Source: Octopus bimaculoides (taxonomy: Eukaryota). Taken from it: a DNA stretch of 64,000 bases. Where the stretch lies: positions 12,053,902 through 12,117,901 of the forward strand of contig NC_069004.1 in assembly GCF_001194135.2 (NCBI RefSeq), written 5' to 3'. Under the pieces are notes generated by a model. The model did not search any database. It was not told where the DNA came from and was given only the letters and a program-made list of their open reading frames with translations. Position numbers and translations under genes: made by a program. This document shows positions 37,330 to 50,759 of the stretch, piece by piece. Position 1 is the first letter of the stretch. Every line of letters begins with the position of its first letter.

Positions 37330-37929
37330 CGAATATTATTAAGTTCGTGTTTCAAACAGAAATTAACATGGAATTGTGATGGAAGGTTATAAATCATATC
37401 AAAATATGAAGTAAAAAACGGAGTTGCTAGTGAAGGGGATTAACGAAGAATTATAATGGGCAGATATAATTTGTCCTTCGGCTGTAAATTCTGTTTATCT
37501 CTCATCACAGGTGATAAACCGTGTTTGGAACAAATGGCCCCTGCCCTATTTCCTTTGCCACATAACAGGTAAAGTGACAGGGGGAGAAAGAGAGTGGTCA
37601 GAATAAAGCATCACCATAATATATGATGGATGAGGAATTAAGTCGATGGCATGCAAGGAACTAATAGAATTCTCTCATGTGAGAACTGAAGAAATTAAGT
37701 TCAATTAAATCTCCAATGAAATTTTGTCTAATTACAATATTATGTAATTAAGTTATTAAGATAAGTTAATTGGATTTATGAGTCCTACAATAAAGTAACA
37801 GCTGATAGTGTCAGAGTGTGTGTGTATGTGTGCGTGCGTGCGTGTGTGTGTGTGTGTGTCATAATGGAAGTATACCAATTTGTACCTCTAAAAGACTTGA
37901 GTGATGCCATGCAAACTAAGGAATCGTCA

Positions 37930-38330
37930 TCCAGAGTAAAGCTGAAAGCCAGATCCTAAGCTACGACACACTTTGAACATCCTGGATTGCATCCAGAGAA
38001 GGTCAATTCCTTCAGCTGGTTGGTACTCCTTCGCTAACAGACACCCTTCCAACCTCTGGCCCACAATGAGGTGTGCTGTCTCCTCTCTCTGTCTTTCCTC
38101 TCACTATTACTACTACTACTACTACTACTAATAGCCTCTACTCCTCAGATCCGACTGTTCTCATAGGTCCACCATTCCAACGTTCCCCCACCCCCTCATC
38201 ATCTCTCCACCTCTCTACACTCTCAGTGTGTCCATCCCCTTTTCCCCCCTCCCTCACCAACCACTTTGTTCAAACCTTCATCTCCAGTACACCGTACCCC
38301 AGTATATCATCCTACTGGAATCTCTTGCAG
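37930..38330 (+). mobile_element. Decayed CR1/L2/Jockey-group LINE ORF2 C-terminal fragment
   Basis: Frame-broken peptides TLNILDCIQRRSI, TDTL-PLAH, TNHFVQTFISST and WNLL resemble LDRIQR...LQPLAHRR...RTNHFxQSFxPRTxxLWNxLP. Confidence 0.55.
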
Positions 38331-38344
38331 GTATAGTAAACATC

Positions 38345-38587
38345 ACTTTCTTTGAGTCATGCCAACTCACAAGGGCTGGTTTCCCAGTTTCATGACGTAT
38401 ATATTCCCCACCTGGATGGGACGCCAATCCATCACAGGATTACTCACTTTTGCCTTCTTAGTGGCCTGGAGCAATGTGAAACGAAGTGTTTTGCTCAAGA
38501 AAACAACGCATCGACCGGTCCAGGAATCGAAACCACAATCTTACAATCATGAGTCCAACACTCTAACCACTAAGCCACATGCCCCCA
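38345..38587 (-). mobile_element. tRNA-derived SINE family H
   Basis: Minus head ggcatgtggcttagtggttagagtgttggactcatgattgtaagattgtggtttcgattcc; a related copy lies at ~45110-45318. Confidence 0.75.
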
Positions 38588-39212
38588 CTGTAGGTATTGG
38601 CAGAACATCAACATTTTCAACCTCACTAGTGCTGGACAACTTTGAAAAGTCAGGGGCCCTGCTCCTTCCTCCAGGGGCAGCAAATATAAAAAAAAAGACT
38701 ACAGAAAAACAGACAACAGATTTTAAAGGAATGATGATTGATTGTAAAGAGGCCTACAAACGTAAATTCATAACATAATTAAATTGGATGGTGAAAGTAT
38801 TGAGGTTTATAATTTATTGAATGAGGGCTTAGATTAATTGATGGAATAAAGGTGGATTTAGCAATGTAATTAAGTGTCTTAATTCACTGACATAATAAAT
38901 CTTGATTACATTTAATCTTCACTGATTTTATGGATGCCATATGGCAGTCAGTATGTTTCTCTTTGCATGTTTATTTTTAAGTGTCTATATTTATCTTGGG
39001 GTCAAGACGTTTGCCTGAGCTGGGTGTTGGTGTGTATTGGAGGACAAGGGGCCAGGACAGGACAGTAATGGTCAGTTGGTTGGTGCTCTGTAAAGGAGGA
39101 CATTGAAATAAAAGTTTTACGATAAAGGCTTGTCACTTTGTTCCTAGTTCAAGGTGTGTAACCCTTTAGCATTCTGAAGTACACAAGGGAAGCACCACAA
39201 AAGCTAGTTTAA

Positions 39213-39874
39213 CCCTTTAGCATTTAAACTGGCCATATCTGGCCAAAATATTCTCCCTGTTTTAGGTTCAAACTGGCCAGATCTGGCCTCTCACACCAAC
39301 CCGACAATATCATTGTAAAAATTATTAGTTACTTCATTGAAATCTCACAGCTACAAGATAGTACATGATTAATTCAAAATAGCATGAAACTGGCCAGATA
39401 ATACATGATTAATTCAAAAGCAATGTAATCTGGCCAGATCTGGCCTCTCACACCAACCCGACAATATCATTGTAAATATTAATAGTTACCTCATTGAAAT
39501 CTCATAGCTACAAGATAATACATGATTAATTCAAAATAGCATAAAACTGGCCAGATAATATATGATTCAAAAGCAATGTAATCTGGCCAGATCTGGCTTC
39601 TCACACCAACCCGACAATATCATTGTAAATATTAATAGTTACCTCATTGAAATCTCATAACTACAAGATAATACATGATTAATTCAAAATAGCATAAAAC
39701 TGGCCAGATAATACATGATTCAAAAGCAATGTAATCTGGCCAGATCTGGCTTCTCACACCAACCCGACAATATCATTGTAAAAATTAATAGTTACCTCAT
39801 CAAAATCTACAAGATAATAAATGATTAATTCAAAACATTTACATTTAACAGAGTAACCTGAATGTTAAAGAGGG
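39213..39874. mobile_element. TTAA-flanked MITE with an internal 153-157 bp tandem amplification
   Basis: TTAA at 39209-39212 and 39875-39878; imperfect TIR ccctttagcatt / aatgttaaagaggg; unit starts at 39273, 39430, 39583 and 39736. Confidence 0.8.
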
Positions 39875-40134
39875 TTAAATATTCAGATTAGTTTTTAATC
39901 CTCTATTAAAACTCCGTCTGAGGCTTTTATCTCCTGTTCAGTTGAAAAGGGATTAACTGCTGTAATATTTGTAGGTCACCCTCCACACCCCAGACTGACA
40001 AATTAGGAGGAGTCAATGTTTGTTGCCATCTGCTGTAGGAAGAACAATGGGCAAGGGGGGACATTCCAGAGGTGTTTCGTTTTAGGGTGGAAGGATTGGT
40101 CTTAGTATTAAGTGTTGGGCTACAGGTGAGGCCA

Positions 40135-40630
40135 CTGAAGGCACCTGGCTCAGTGGTTAGAGCGTTGGGCTCGCAATCATGAGGTAGTGAGTTCAATTCC
40201 CAGACTGGGCTGTGTGTTTGTTTTCTTGAGCAAGACACTTTATTTCACGTTGCTCCAGTTCACTCAGCTGTAGAAATGAATTGTGACGTCACTGGTGCCA
40301 AGCTGTATTGGTCTTTGCCTTTCCCTTGGATAACATCAATGGCATGGAGAGAGGAGGCTGGTATGCATGGATGACTGCAGGTTTTCCATTAACAACCTTT
40401 CCCAGACTTATGCCTCAGAGGGGAACTTTCTAGGTGCAATCCCATGGTCATTCATGACCAAAGAGGGTTTTACCTTATGTACGTATAATAGCATGGAGGT
40501 GGGAGGCTGGTGTATATGGGTGACTGCTGGTCTTCCATAAATAACCTTGCTTGGACTTGTGCCGCGGAAGGGAACTTTCTAGGTGTAATCCCTTGGTCAT
40601 TCATGACCGAAGGAGGTCTTTACCGTTTTG
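40135..40630 (+). mobile_element. SINE family D with duplicated 3' third
   Basis: Flanked by caggtgaggcca (40123-40134) and caggtgaagcca (40631-40642); ~40490-40625 repeats ~40340-40475. Confidence 0.85.
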
Positions 40631-41401
40631 CAGGTGAAGCCAAGGTGTTAGAAATGATAGGATAAAGGGAGAGGGGTGCAAGTTCATCAGATGGACTTGG
40701 TGAGAAATAACTTTTTCCAATTGAGAGAAGTAGACTCTGTTGTAGTGGTAGAATTGGGTGGAGAGGACACGACATGCCAATGAATCAGTTTTTGTAATTT
40801 AATGTTTATAGCCACAAATGATTAATTATTCTTAATTATGGTGGGTCTGGAATGGGTGTGTCTGACAATAGCAGCCACATAGGTGTAGTTCTGTAGCGTA
40901 GGTCACAGCTGGATTGTGCAGCGGGGGGTGGGGTCAACCACTGATCAGATGTAAAGGATTTAAATGAAAGTAGTTTTGGCAGTGTTCTATATATTCGTGT
41001 GGTTGGTATGAGAGATTAGTTTTTATACACCCTGCTGATAGCAGCGAGATATCGGTGTCGAGAGAAAGACAGGATGCCTAAATATTCCGTTGAAAGAAAA
41101 CAAGGAAGTGAAAAACCAAAATAAAACAAAATTTTGGTTTGAAGAATTTCTCCAACTGTTCTACAGATGCTAGGTTGAAAAGGTGAATGTGGAGTGAAAT
41201 AAATAAGAGCCAAAAACCTTGCTTCTATTTGTATGAAAATAGTTAGGTTAGTATTGGAAATATTTACTGTTTGCTTTATAAATATTTATTATGGTAAATC
41301 TCTTAGTCATTCCACCCATAGCCACCACCTCCCACATTGGTTTGATGGGAAAATTGCTAGAGACTTTATATTCTTGTAGTGTGTCTTCAACAAGTACCAC
41401 C

Positions 41402-41449
<48 letters not shown>

Positions 41450-42319
41450 CTCCTCCTTCTCCCACTATCCCTGTCCCCATCATCTTACTCCCCATAGAAA
41501 GAGATAAACTCACCCACTGCAAGTTGATAAAACACTCCTCAATGTTTATAGTGCTCCCACTGCTTACAGCACTGCCCTATCACACCCTGTCGTTGCAGGN
41601 NNNNNNNNNNNNNNNNNNNNNNNNNNNNNNNNNNNNNNNNNNNNNNNNNNNNNNNNNNNNNNNNNNNNNNNNNNNNNNNNNNNNNNNNNNNNNNNNNNNN
41701 NNNNNNNNNNNNNNNNNNNNNNNNNNNNNNNNNNNNNNNNNNNNNNNNNNNNNNNNNNNNNNNNNNNNNNNNNNNNNNNNNNNNNNNNNNNNNNNNNNNN
41801 NNNNNNNNNNNNNNNNNNNNNCTCCCCTCTTTCCTGCCTTCCCCTGTCTGTTACTCATCCCCCCTTCTTCCACTCTGTTTAATTCGTGTCCTCTCTCTTC
41901 ATGTTTCTGTCTCATCTCTACCCCCCTCTCTCACTCCCTCTCTCCTGCCCACTTTACTAATTCTTCTATTTTAACAATTCCCAACATTTAATGGCCATTT
42001 CCTCTTAAATGTTCTCTCATCTGTTTCCATGACAACAGTTTCTTTTGATCAATTACAATTTAGAAATTAATTCCACAATTTTTCTACCTAACCACGAGGT
42101 GGGTGTGTAATACTCGATAAAAGTCTTGGTAAATTGTAACCATGTTGGCAAGCCATGAATGTCACAAAATCGCTCCCAATTTCTCAATTTGTTTCATTAT
42201 TCTTTTACTTAGTTCCACTAACCCATGCCAGCATAGAAAGCAGACGTTAAATGATGATGAGATACAAGGTGGTTAATCACTTGGACTCCTTGTATTTCAC
42301 AGTTTTGGGTTCAAATCTT

Positions 42320-42532
42320 CAAGTGGGGTGCTGAAAAGTTCCTGGCTTTGGATAAAAGAAAATACAGAAGGATCAGTTAATTATGATTTTATCCGACATA
42401 TTCCCCTCTCAGATTCACACATTTATTGCAGCAGTCCTTCAGTTTTTCTAAGCCCTGTAAAAAGACTTGGAAGGTTGAGCCTCAAACCAGGCCTTTCATG
42501 ATACCCTTAATGCCAAAAACTTTTCGGCAATT
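42320..42532. mobile_element. Mariner-type MITE, decayed
   Basis: Left ggggtgctgaaaagttcctggcttt and right aatgccaaaaacttttcggca form imperfect TIRs. Confidence 0.6.
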
Positions 42533-44357
42533 GCCTCCCTTTATCAAGTTTTTATTGTTTAGCCCTAAGCTGACTATAATTAAGTAAACCAGTGATCAAA
42601 GCAATGCAACCACGACCACATGTATGCTCCTTTGTTGGGTTCCTTAGTTGTTGCTATTAGTTACCAACTTATAGCTTAGTGTCCTACGCTGGTGCTATAC
42701 GTTTATATCTCTTGTCTACTTCTCTAAATTAGGGGTTTGGGACTGTCAAGGACTTGGTCTTAGAAAGCCTGAGCATTGACATAGCCTCGGTCTTGAAGAT
42801 AAAACAGAGAACCTTATGGTCACCATCAGTGATTTTGTCTTTGAGTCATAGGTCAACAGTAAGTCCAACTACCAGAAGCCCTTCTTGTTGAGGTTTCAAT
42901 CTACAGTTTGGAATCTGAAGTAGTCAGAGTTTACGAAATGACTTGACTGAAGACTCAATCCAATTTCACTAAAGACTTGATTTGCTGGAAAGTTATTTAT
43001 AATTTATTGCTTTTAAAAAAGATTTTACTTAAATGTTCATTGAAATAATATTCATGTCCGATTTCTGTTTTCATTTTTATTAAATAATGTCTTTGTTTTT
43101 TCTTTTTGTTCTAGGTAAGTGGAAATTTTTTTATTTTCAACAACGTGCTCAAAGAGAAAAAATATAGAGGAAGAAACTTTTGTGTATTTCTTGGTCAAGT
43201 AGCGTGAGTTTGTGGGTTTGTTTCTAGAATCTCTTTTAATGAACCTATTCAGTGCCCTTCATTGGATTTTAGCATATTTGTCTTGTTTTGGGGGTTTTTT
43301 TTGTTTTTTTTTGCTATTATTCCTCTTGGTTTAAAAGAAAATTTTTTCTCTATTGTCTGTGTATGAAATAAATTGTGTATGTGTGTATGTGCATTATATA
43401 GGTGTGTTTATGTATGTATGTATGTGTGTGTGTGTATTTGTGTATGTTGCTATTGTAATCTTGTCTTCTTAAACCAGAGTATGGGAATTTTTTCATAAAA
43501 TGTGTAAAAAAAAANNNNNNNNNNNNNNNNNNNNNNNNNNNNNNNNNNNNNNNNNNNNNNNNNNNNNNNNNNNNNNNNNNNNNNNNNNNNNNNNNNNNNN
43601 NNNNNNNNNNNNNNNNNNNNNNNNNNNNNNNNNNNNNNNNNNNNNNNNNNNNNNNNNNNNNNNNNNNNNNNNNNNNNNNNNNNNNNNNNNNNNNNNNNNN
43701 NNNNNNNNNNNNNNNNNNNNNNNNNNNNNNNNNNNNNNNNNNNNNNNNNNNNNNNNNNNNNNNNNNNNNNNNNNNNNNNNNNNNNNNNNNNNNNNNNNNN
43801 NNNNNNNNNNNNNNNNNNNNNNNNNNNNNNNNNNNNNNNNNNNNNNNNNNNNNNNNNNNNNNNNNNNNNNNNNNNNNNNNNNNNNNNNNNNNNNNNNNNN
43901 NNNNNNNNNNNNNNNNNNNNNNNNNNNNNNNNNNNNNNNNNNNNNNNNNNNNNNNNNNNNNNNNNNNNNNNNNNNNNNNNNNNNNNNNNNNNNNNNNNNN
44001 NNNNNNNNNNNNNNNNNNNNNNNNNNNNNNNNNNNNNNNNNNNNNNNNNNNNNNNNNNNNNNNNNNNNNNNNNNNNNNNNNNNNNNNNNNNNNNNNNNNN
44101 NNNNNNNNNNNNNNNNNNNNNNNNNNNNNNNNNNNNNNNNNNNNNNNNNNNNNNNNNNNNNNNNNNNNNNNNNNNNNNNNNNNNNNNNNNNNNNNNNNNN
44201 NNNNNNNNNNNNNNNNNNNNNNNNNNNNNNNNNNNNNNNNNNNNNNNNNNNNNNNNNNNNNNNNNNNNNNNNNNNNNNNNNNNNNNNNNNNNNNNNNNNN
44301 NNNNNNNNNNNNNNNNNNNNNNNNNNNNNNNNNNNNNNNNNNNNNNNNNNNNNNNNN

Positions 44358-44700
44358 GACCCCAGGATTTATTCTTTGTAAGCCTAGTACTTATTCTATC
44401 GGTCTCTTTTTGCCGAACTGCTAAGTTACGGGGACGTAAACACACCACCATCGGTTGTCAAGCGATGTTGGGGGGAGGGGGCAAACACAGACACACAAAC
44501 ATACACACACACACACATATACATATATACATATATACGACGGGCTTCTTTCAGTTTCCGTCTACCAAATACACTCACAAGGCTTTGGTCGGCCCAAGGC
44601 TATAGTAGAAGACACTTGCCCAAGGTGTCACGCAGTGGGACTGAACCCAGAACCATGTGGTTGGTAAGCAAGCTACTTACCACACAGCCACTCCTGCGCC
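44358..44700 (-). mobile_element. SINE family A, 3' end lost in gap
   Basis: Ends cttaccacacagccactcctgcgcc; a SINE B (+) follows at ~44705-44885. Confidence 0.9.
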
Positions 44701-45359
44701 TTCAACACTGTTAGAATGTTAGGAAAAAATGCCTTGTGGTATTTGTTATGACTCTTTACATCATGAGTTCAAATCTCACTGAGGTCGACTTTGCATTTCA
44801 TCCTTTCAGGGGCTGATAAAACAACATACCACTCTAGTATTGGGGTCAAGAATATTGACTAACTTCTTCTAGATTTCAGGCCATGGTACTTCTTTTTTTG
44901 TTTTTCTCTTGAGCCCTAGCACTCTTAAAGCCAGTTACCTGGTTTCCAAGATCACGATATTTCCCCTGAAAGGGACACCAGTCCATTGCCGTGTTGAAGG
45001 TCAGAAATTTTTGAGCGGAGGGGACAAGTTGAGTACATCATCCCCAGTACTTGTTTGGTACTTTATATTTTCAGGCCCCAAGGGTAAACATGACCTCAGA
45101 AGTTATTTGGTTTCCATGGGGTGTAAGTTACCGAGATCACATCTCCCTTGAACAGGATGCCAGCTCGTTACAGCATTACTTGTTTACAAGCTGAGTGAAC
45201 TGGTGCAATGTAAAATGAAGTCTTTTAATCAAGAACTCAATGCACCACCCAGACCAGGAACTGAAACCACAATCTTCCAATCACGAGTGCAGCACCCTAA
45301 CATCTAGGCCACATGCCTTGACCATACATATACACATATACATAAATATGCATGTATAG

Positions 45360-45765
45360 ACAGGCATGGCTGTGTGGTAAGAAGTTTGCTTCCCAACCAC
45401 ATGGTTCTGGGTTCAGTCTTATTGTGTGACACCTTGGGCAAGTGTCTTCTATTATAGCTTTGGGTCAACCAAAGCTTTGTGAGTGGGTTTGGAAGATGGA
45501 AACTGAAAGAAGCCTGTTGTGTGTGTGTGTGTATATATATATGCGTGTGTGTGTGTGTGTATGTTTCTTTGTGTCTATGTTTGTCCACCACCACCACTTG
45601 ACAACCGTTATTGGTGTGTTTATATCCCCGTAACTTAGTGGTTTAGCAAAAGAGACCAATAGAATGAATATCGGGCTTTAAAAAATATAAGTACTGGAGT
45701 TGATACATTGAAGGCAGTGCTCCAGCATGGCCACAGTGTAATGACTGAAATATGTGAAAGATAAG
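45360..45765 (+). mobile_element. SINE family A
   Basis: Head, internal microsatellite and tail present. Confidence 0.85.
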
Positions 45766-46192
45766 ACACAGACACACTCACACGCAGTCACTCATCAATT
45801 ACATGCATTTTCACATGCTCACTCATGCATATCGGCATGCACGTTTTTCTACATACACATGCCCACACACTGGCAGTTGTGTGCAAATACGCTTGCACAT
45901 ATCTAGTTTCACGTGCATGCACTCATGCGCTAAATGTCTGCACATGCACTAGTTCACAAATGCATCCGCTGAAACAAATGCAAGCAGCTGTATACTAATT
46001 CCACAACATGTGCAGCAACTAATGCACATGCACACATGACACGCACATAGATGCAGACACAAAATCTTGTGGCCATACACAACCATTCTGCACACATCCA
46101 TGTTCTTTTACAAAGAAGCGAAGCTTGTTTCTGTGAAAGAAAGGTTTTCGGTACCATATTTCAGATAAGCTTTTGGAAGTGTGTCTGAGATT

Positions 46193-46311
<119 letters not shown>

Positions 46312-47199
46312 ATATCGGTAAATGGGGAATTTGTGCATAAAGTCAGGAGGAAATGGTAAAGTGTGATGTTTGAGATGGGTGTGTCTGCTATGAGAGCGGC
46401 AGCAGAAGATCGTTGATAAGATTGTGGAATTTCTATGGTGAGGAATATCAAGACAATGGTTATTGATACAGCTTGGAGGGAAGGTTTGAAAGAAATGGGT
46501 GGTGGGGACGGGTGGGTGGAGGGGGAATACACACGTGTACACAAACCCATGCACACATACATACACATGCATCCACATATATGCAAACACGTGTGTGTGT
46601 ATATATATATATATATGTGCATATACATACATGCACAGACATACACATAGATGCACACATGTATACACCTACACACATATTCACACACACACGCCTACTC
46701 ATGTGCATCCACATAAATGCATACATGCACACACATACATGCACAAACATGTACAGGCACACACACACACACATACATGCACAAACATGTACAGGCACAC
46801 ACACACACACACGCACATGTACAAGCACTCGCACATGTACAAGCATACACACATGTACAGACATGCTCACATGTACAGGCCCCCTACATGTACAGACACG
46901 CATACAGGTACACACCTATGCACGCATGTACACACACATGCATATTCCCACACACACATACACACATCTTCTAACATGCGTGTGTGCACGCGCACACTCA
47001 ACGCACATGTGCACATTCTTACATGTGCGTGCACACACACACACATCTATGTAATCAAATAATGTTTGCCTGTCTCCACAGACACTCTGTTATATCACTT
47101 TGAAGTGTCTTTTCTATTCTGATGTATATCTGGGATATTCAAGCTTTCTTCAATTGAGACAGACAAACAGACTGACAAAGAGAGGAATGAAATCTTACC

Positions 47200-47256
<57 letters not shown>

Positions 47257-47672
47257 GAGAGACAAACTGATAAAGAAAGGAATGAAGTCCTTACCATAAA
47301 TTAGTGAATGTCTGTCAAATGGTGTTGCCCTGTCCCCAGCTTTCAGTTCTGTTTATAGCTTTCCCAGTTCTTGATTCTGAAGTCATTACAGAAAGCCATA
47401 AATGTCACATTTTCTCTACTCTCTGAAGTAAGGTTGGTTACCCCACAGACAAGATATCATGGGTTTAGTTGTCTCTTTTTAATTCATGAAAATTATATAT
47501 ACATGCACAGATATACAAATAAATGCATTTGTGTGTGTGTGTGTATGTGTGTGTGAGTATATAAATGGATAGACACGCAAACACACACATATAAACATGT
47601 ATGTACTAACACATACTATTTCATAAAAATATAATCATACACAAATATACAGGTAGACATACAAATATGTGT

Positions 47673-47712
<40 letters not shown>

Positions 47713-47873
47713 CACATATATATTTTAGTGCCAGTGACACGCAAATGGCACCTGTGCCGGTGANNNNNNNNNNNNNNNNNNNNNNNNNNNNNNNNNNNNN
47801 NNNNNNNNNNNNNNNNNNNNNNNNNNNNNNNNNNNNNNNNNNNNNNNNNNNNNNNNNNNNNNNNNNNNNNNNN

Positions 47874-47910
<37 letters not shown>

Positions 47911-47924
47911 CACATATATATTTT

Positions 47925-48570
47925 AGTGCCAGTGACACGCAAATGGCACCTGTGCCGGTGACACACAAATGGCACTTGTGCTGGTGACATGCAAATGGCA
48001 CTTGTGTTACTGACATGCAAATGGCACTTGTGTTACTGACATGCAAAAGGCATTCATGCCAGTGACACACTATAGGCACCCATGCTGGTAACACATGAAG
48101 AGCTTGTGACACAGAAGGCACCCTTGCCAGTGACACAGAAGGCACCCTTGCCAGTGACACAGAAGGCACCCTTGCCAGTGACACAGAAGGCACTCTTGCC
48201 AGTGACATAGATGGCACCTTTGCCAGTGACACCCAAAAGGCATTCATGCCAGTGACACAGAAGGCACCTTTGCCAGTGACACAGAAGGCACCTTGCCAGT
48301 GACATGTAAGAGGTGCACGTGCTTGTGACACATAAAAGGAATTTTTGCCAGTGATACACAAAATGCACCCATGCTGGTGATACGTGAAAGACACCCAGTA
48401 CAGTTTGTGGAGTGGTTTGTGTTAGGAAGGGCATCCAGCTATAGAAACTCTGCTAAATCAGATTGGAGCCTGGTGTAGCCATCTGGTTTCACCAGTCCTC
48501 ATTCAAATCGTCCAACCCATGCTAGCATGGAAAGCGGACGTTAAACGATGATGATGATGATGATGATGAT
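47925..48570 (+). mobile_element. RTE-type 3' UTR preceded by a 24-bp minisatellite
   Basis: gccagtgacacagaaggcaccctt units to ~48380, then gttaggaagggcatccagct...aaagcggacgttaaac(gat)n. Confidence 0.85.
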
Positions 48571-49178
48571 ATATATATATATATATCATATTAGTATGCT
48601 GTTAATAATATATGCCTATAAATGTGTGTACATANNNNNNNNNNNNNNNNNNNNNNNNNNNNNNNNNNNNNNNNNNNNNNNNNNNNNNNNNNNNNNNNNN
48701 NNNNNNNNNNNNNNNNNNNNNNNNNNNNNNNNNNNNNNNNNNNNNNNNNNNNNNNNNNNNNNNNNNNNNNNNNNNNNNNNNNNNNNNNNNNNNNNNNNNN
48801 NNNNNNNNNNNNNNNNNNNNNNNNNNNNNNNNNNNNNNNNNNNNNNNNNNNNNNNNNNNNNNNNNNNNNNNNNNNNNNNNNNNNNNNNNNNNNNNNNNNN
48901 NNNNNNNNNNNNNNNNNNNNNNNNNNNNNNNNNNNNNNNNNNNNNNNNNNNNNNNNNNNNNNNNNNNNNNNNNNNNNNNNNNNNNNNNNNNNNNNNNNNN
49001 GGAAGCATATACATGCATGAAAAAACTTACGTTTACATACAAATATATATATATATATGTCGGTATATTCTCACACTCATGCACATATACATACACAAGT
49101 GTTTCTTAATGGCGAATCTATTTTCTCAGTTTTGGTGTTTCAATTTCACAAATCAAAAACACTTAAACAGATGAAAGG

Positions 49179-49226
<48 letters not shown>

Positions 49227-49692
49227 CTCTCTGTTGTCTCCTTAATATGTATTTTGATTAAAAGACAAAATAATCTTGCGAGTGCTTTGATTTACATAAT
49301 ATTCATAACAATTAATGGTAAAAGAATTTGCTAACTTCTTTTGAAGTAGCAATGAACACAATATTTAAGTGATTGCATTCAAGAGAATCAAATAGATTCT
49401 TTGTTGTTTGAAATACCTATTGATTTCGTTGCAGATGAAGTGGCTAATTAATAGTATTGATGATACAAATACCAGCTCCACCATCTCCCCCCCCCCCCCA
49501 TCGTTTATGAACACCAGAACATGTGAGGTGGTATGGGTTTTGGCTGTCCTTTGCTGGAGCCGAAATGTCCGCTTGCTTCCTTAAACATAACTTACCTCTT
49601 ACCACAGTAACACATGAGCACACACACGCTCGCACACACACACACACACACATGGTGGCAGTCGTGTATGGTCGACATACGCATCCTACTCA

Positions 49693-50288
49693 GGTGCAGG
49701 CGTGGCTGTGTGGTAAGAAGCTTGCTTCCCAACCACATGGTTCCGGGTTCAGTCCTATTGTATGGCACTTTGATCAAGTGTCTTCTACTGAAGCCTTAGG
49801 CCAACCAAAGCTTTATGAGTAGATTTGATAGATGGAAACTGAAAGACCCCTGTTGTATCTCTCTCTCTACATACATACATATATATATATCTTTTACTCT
49901 TTTACTCTTTTACTTGTTTCAGTCATTTGACTGCGGCCATGCTGGAGCACCACCTTTTTAGTCGAGCAAATTGACCCCAGGACTTATTCTTTGGAAGCCT
50001 AGTACTTATTCTATCGGTCTCTTTTGCCGAACCGCTAAGTTACAGGGACGTAAACACACCACCATCGGTTGTCAAGTGATGCTGGTGGGGACAAACACAG
50101 ACACACACACATACATATATATACATATATACAATGGGCTTCTTTCAGTTTCGTTCTACCAAATCCACTCACGAGGCTTTGGTCGGCCTGAGGCTATCAT
50201 AGAAGACACTTGCCCAAGGTGCCACGCAGTGGGACTGAACCCGGAACCATGTGGTTGGTAAGCAAGCTACTTACCACACAACCACTCA
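49693..50288. mobile_element. Inverted pair of SINE A copies (+ 49693-49855; - 49890-50288)
   Basis: The plus-strand head and body are complementary to ~50130-50288. Confidence 0.85.
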
Positions 50289-50402
50289 TAATTTACAGAA
50301 GAACCACCATTATACAATTCAGACAATGAAAGACCCCAATGACACCATCCAGAAAAAAAGTCATTGTCTGAATTGTATAATGGTGGTTCTTCTCTAAATT
50401 AT
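50288..50402. repeat. Fold-back hairpin with 42-bp arms
   Basis: 50288-50329 versus 50361-50402 match at 41/42; 31-nt loop. Confidence 0.9.
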
Positions 50403-50496
50403 ATTTATATACATATATTATATATTGTGAAATTTAATTTGGTATTATTAAATTGAATATTCCTGTACATTTGGAATGATATATTCCCTATTATTA

Positions 50497-50533
<37 letters not shown>

Positions 50534-50759
50534 CATATGTGTGTGTGTGTGCAGCTTTATGCAAGGTTCATCCACTGACATGGTCTGAAGCTTCTGACTA
50601 ATCACCAAACCAAAGTAACCAGTCAAATGTAACTTGCAATTGCGAGTTGTCTATGCAGCAGAAACATGTGTTGGATGCATTTAAATCAAATACGCTGTAT
50701 AATTGACTATAGAAAAAAAAAAATATGCAGATGTACTAATCTCCATATTTGTTGTAATT

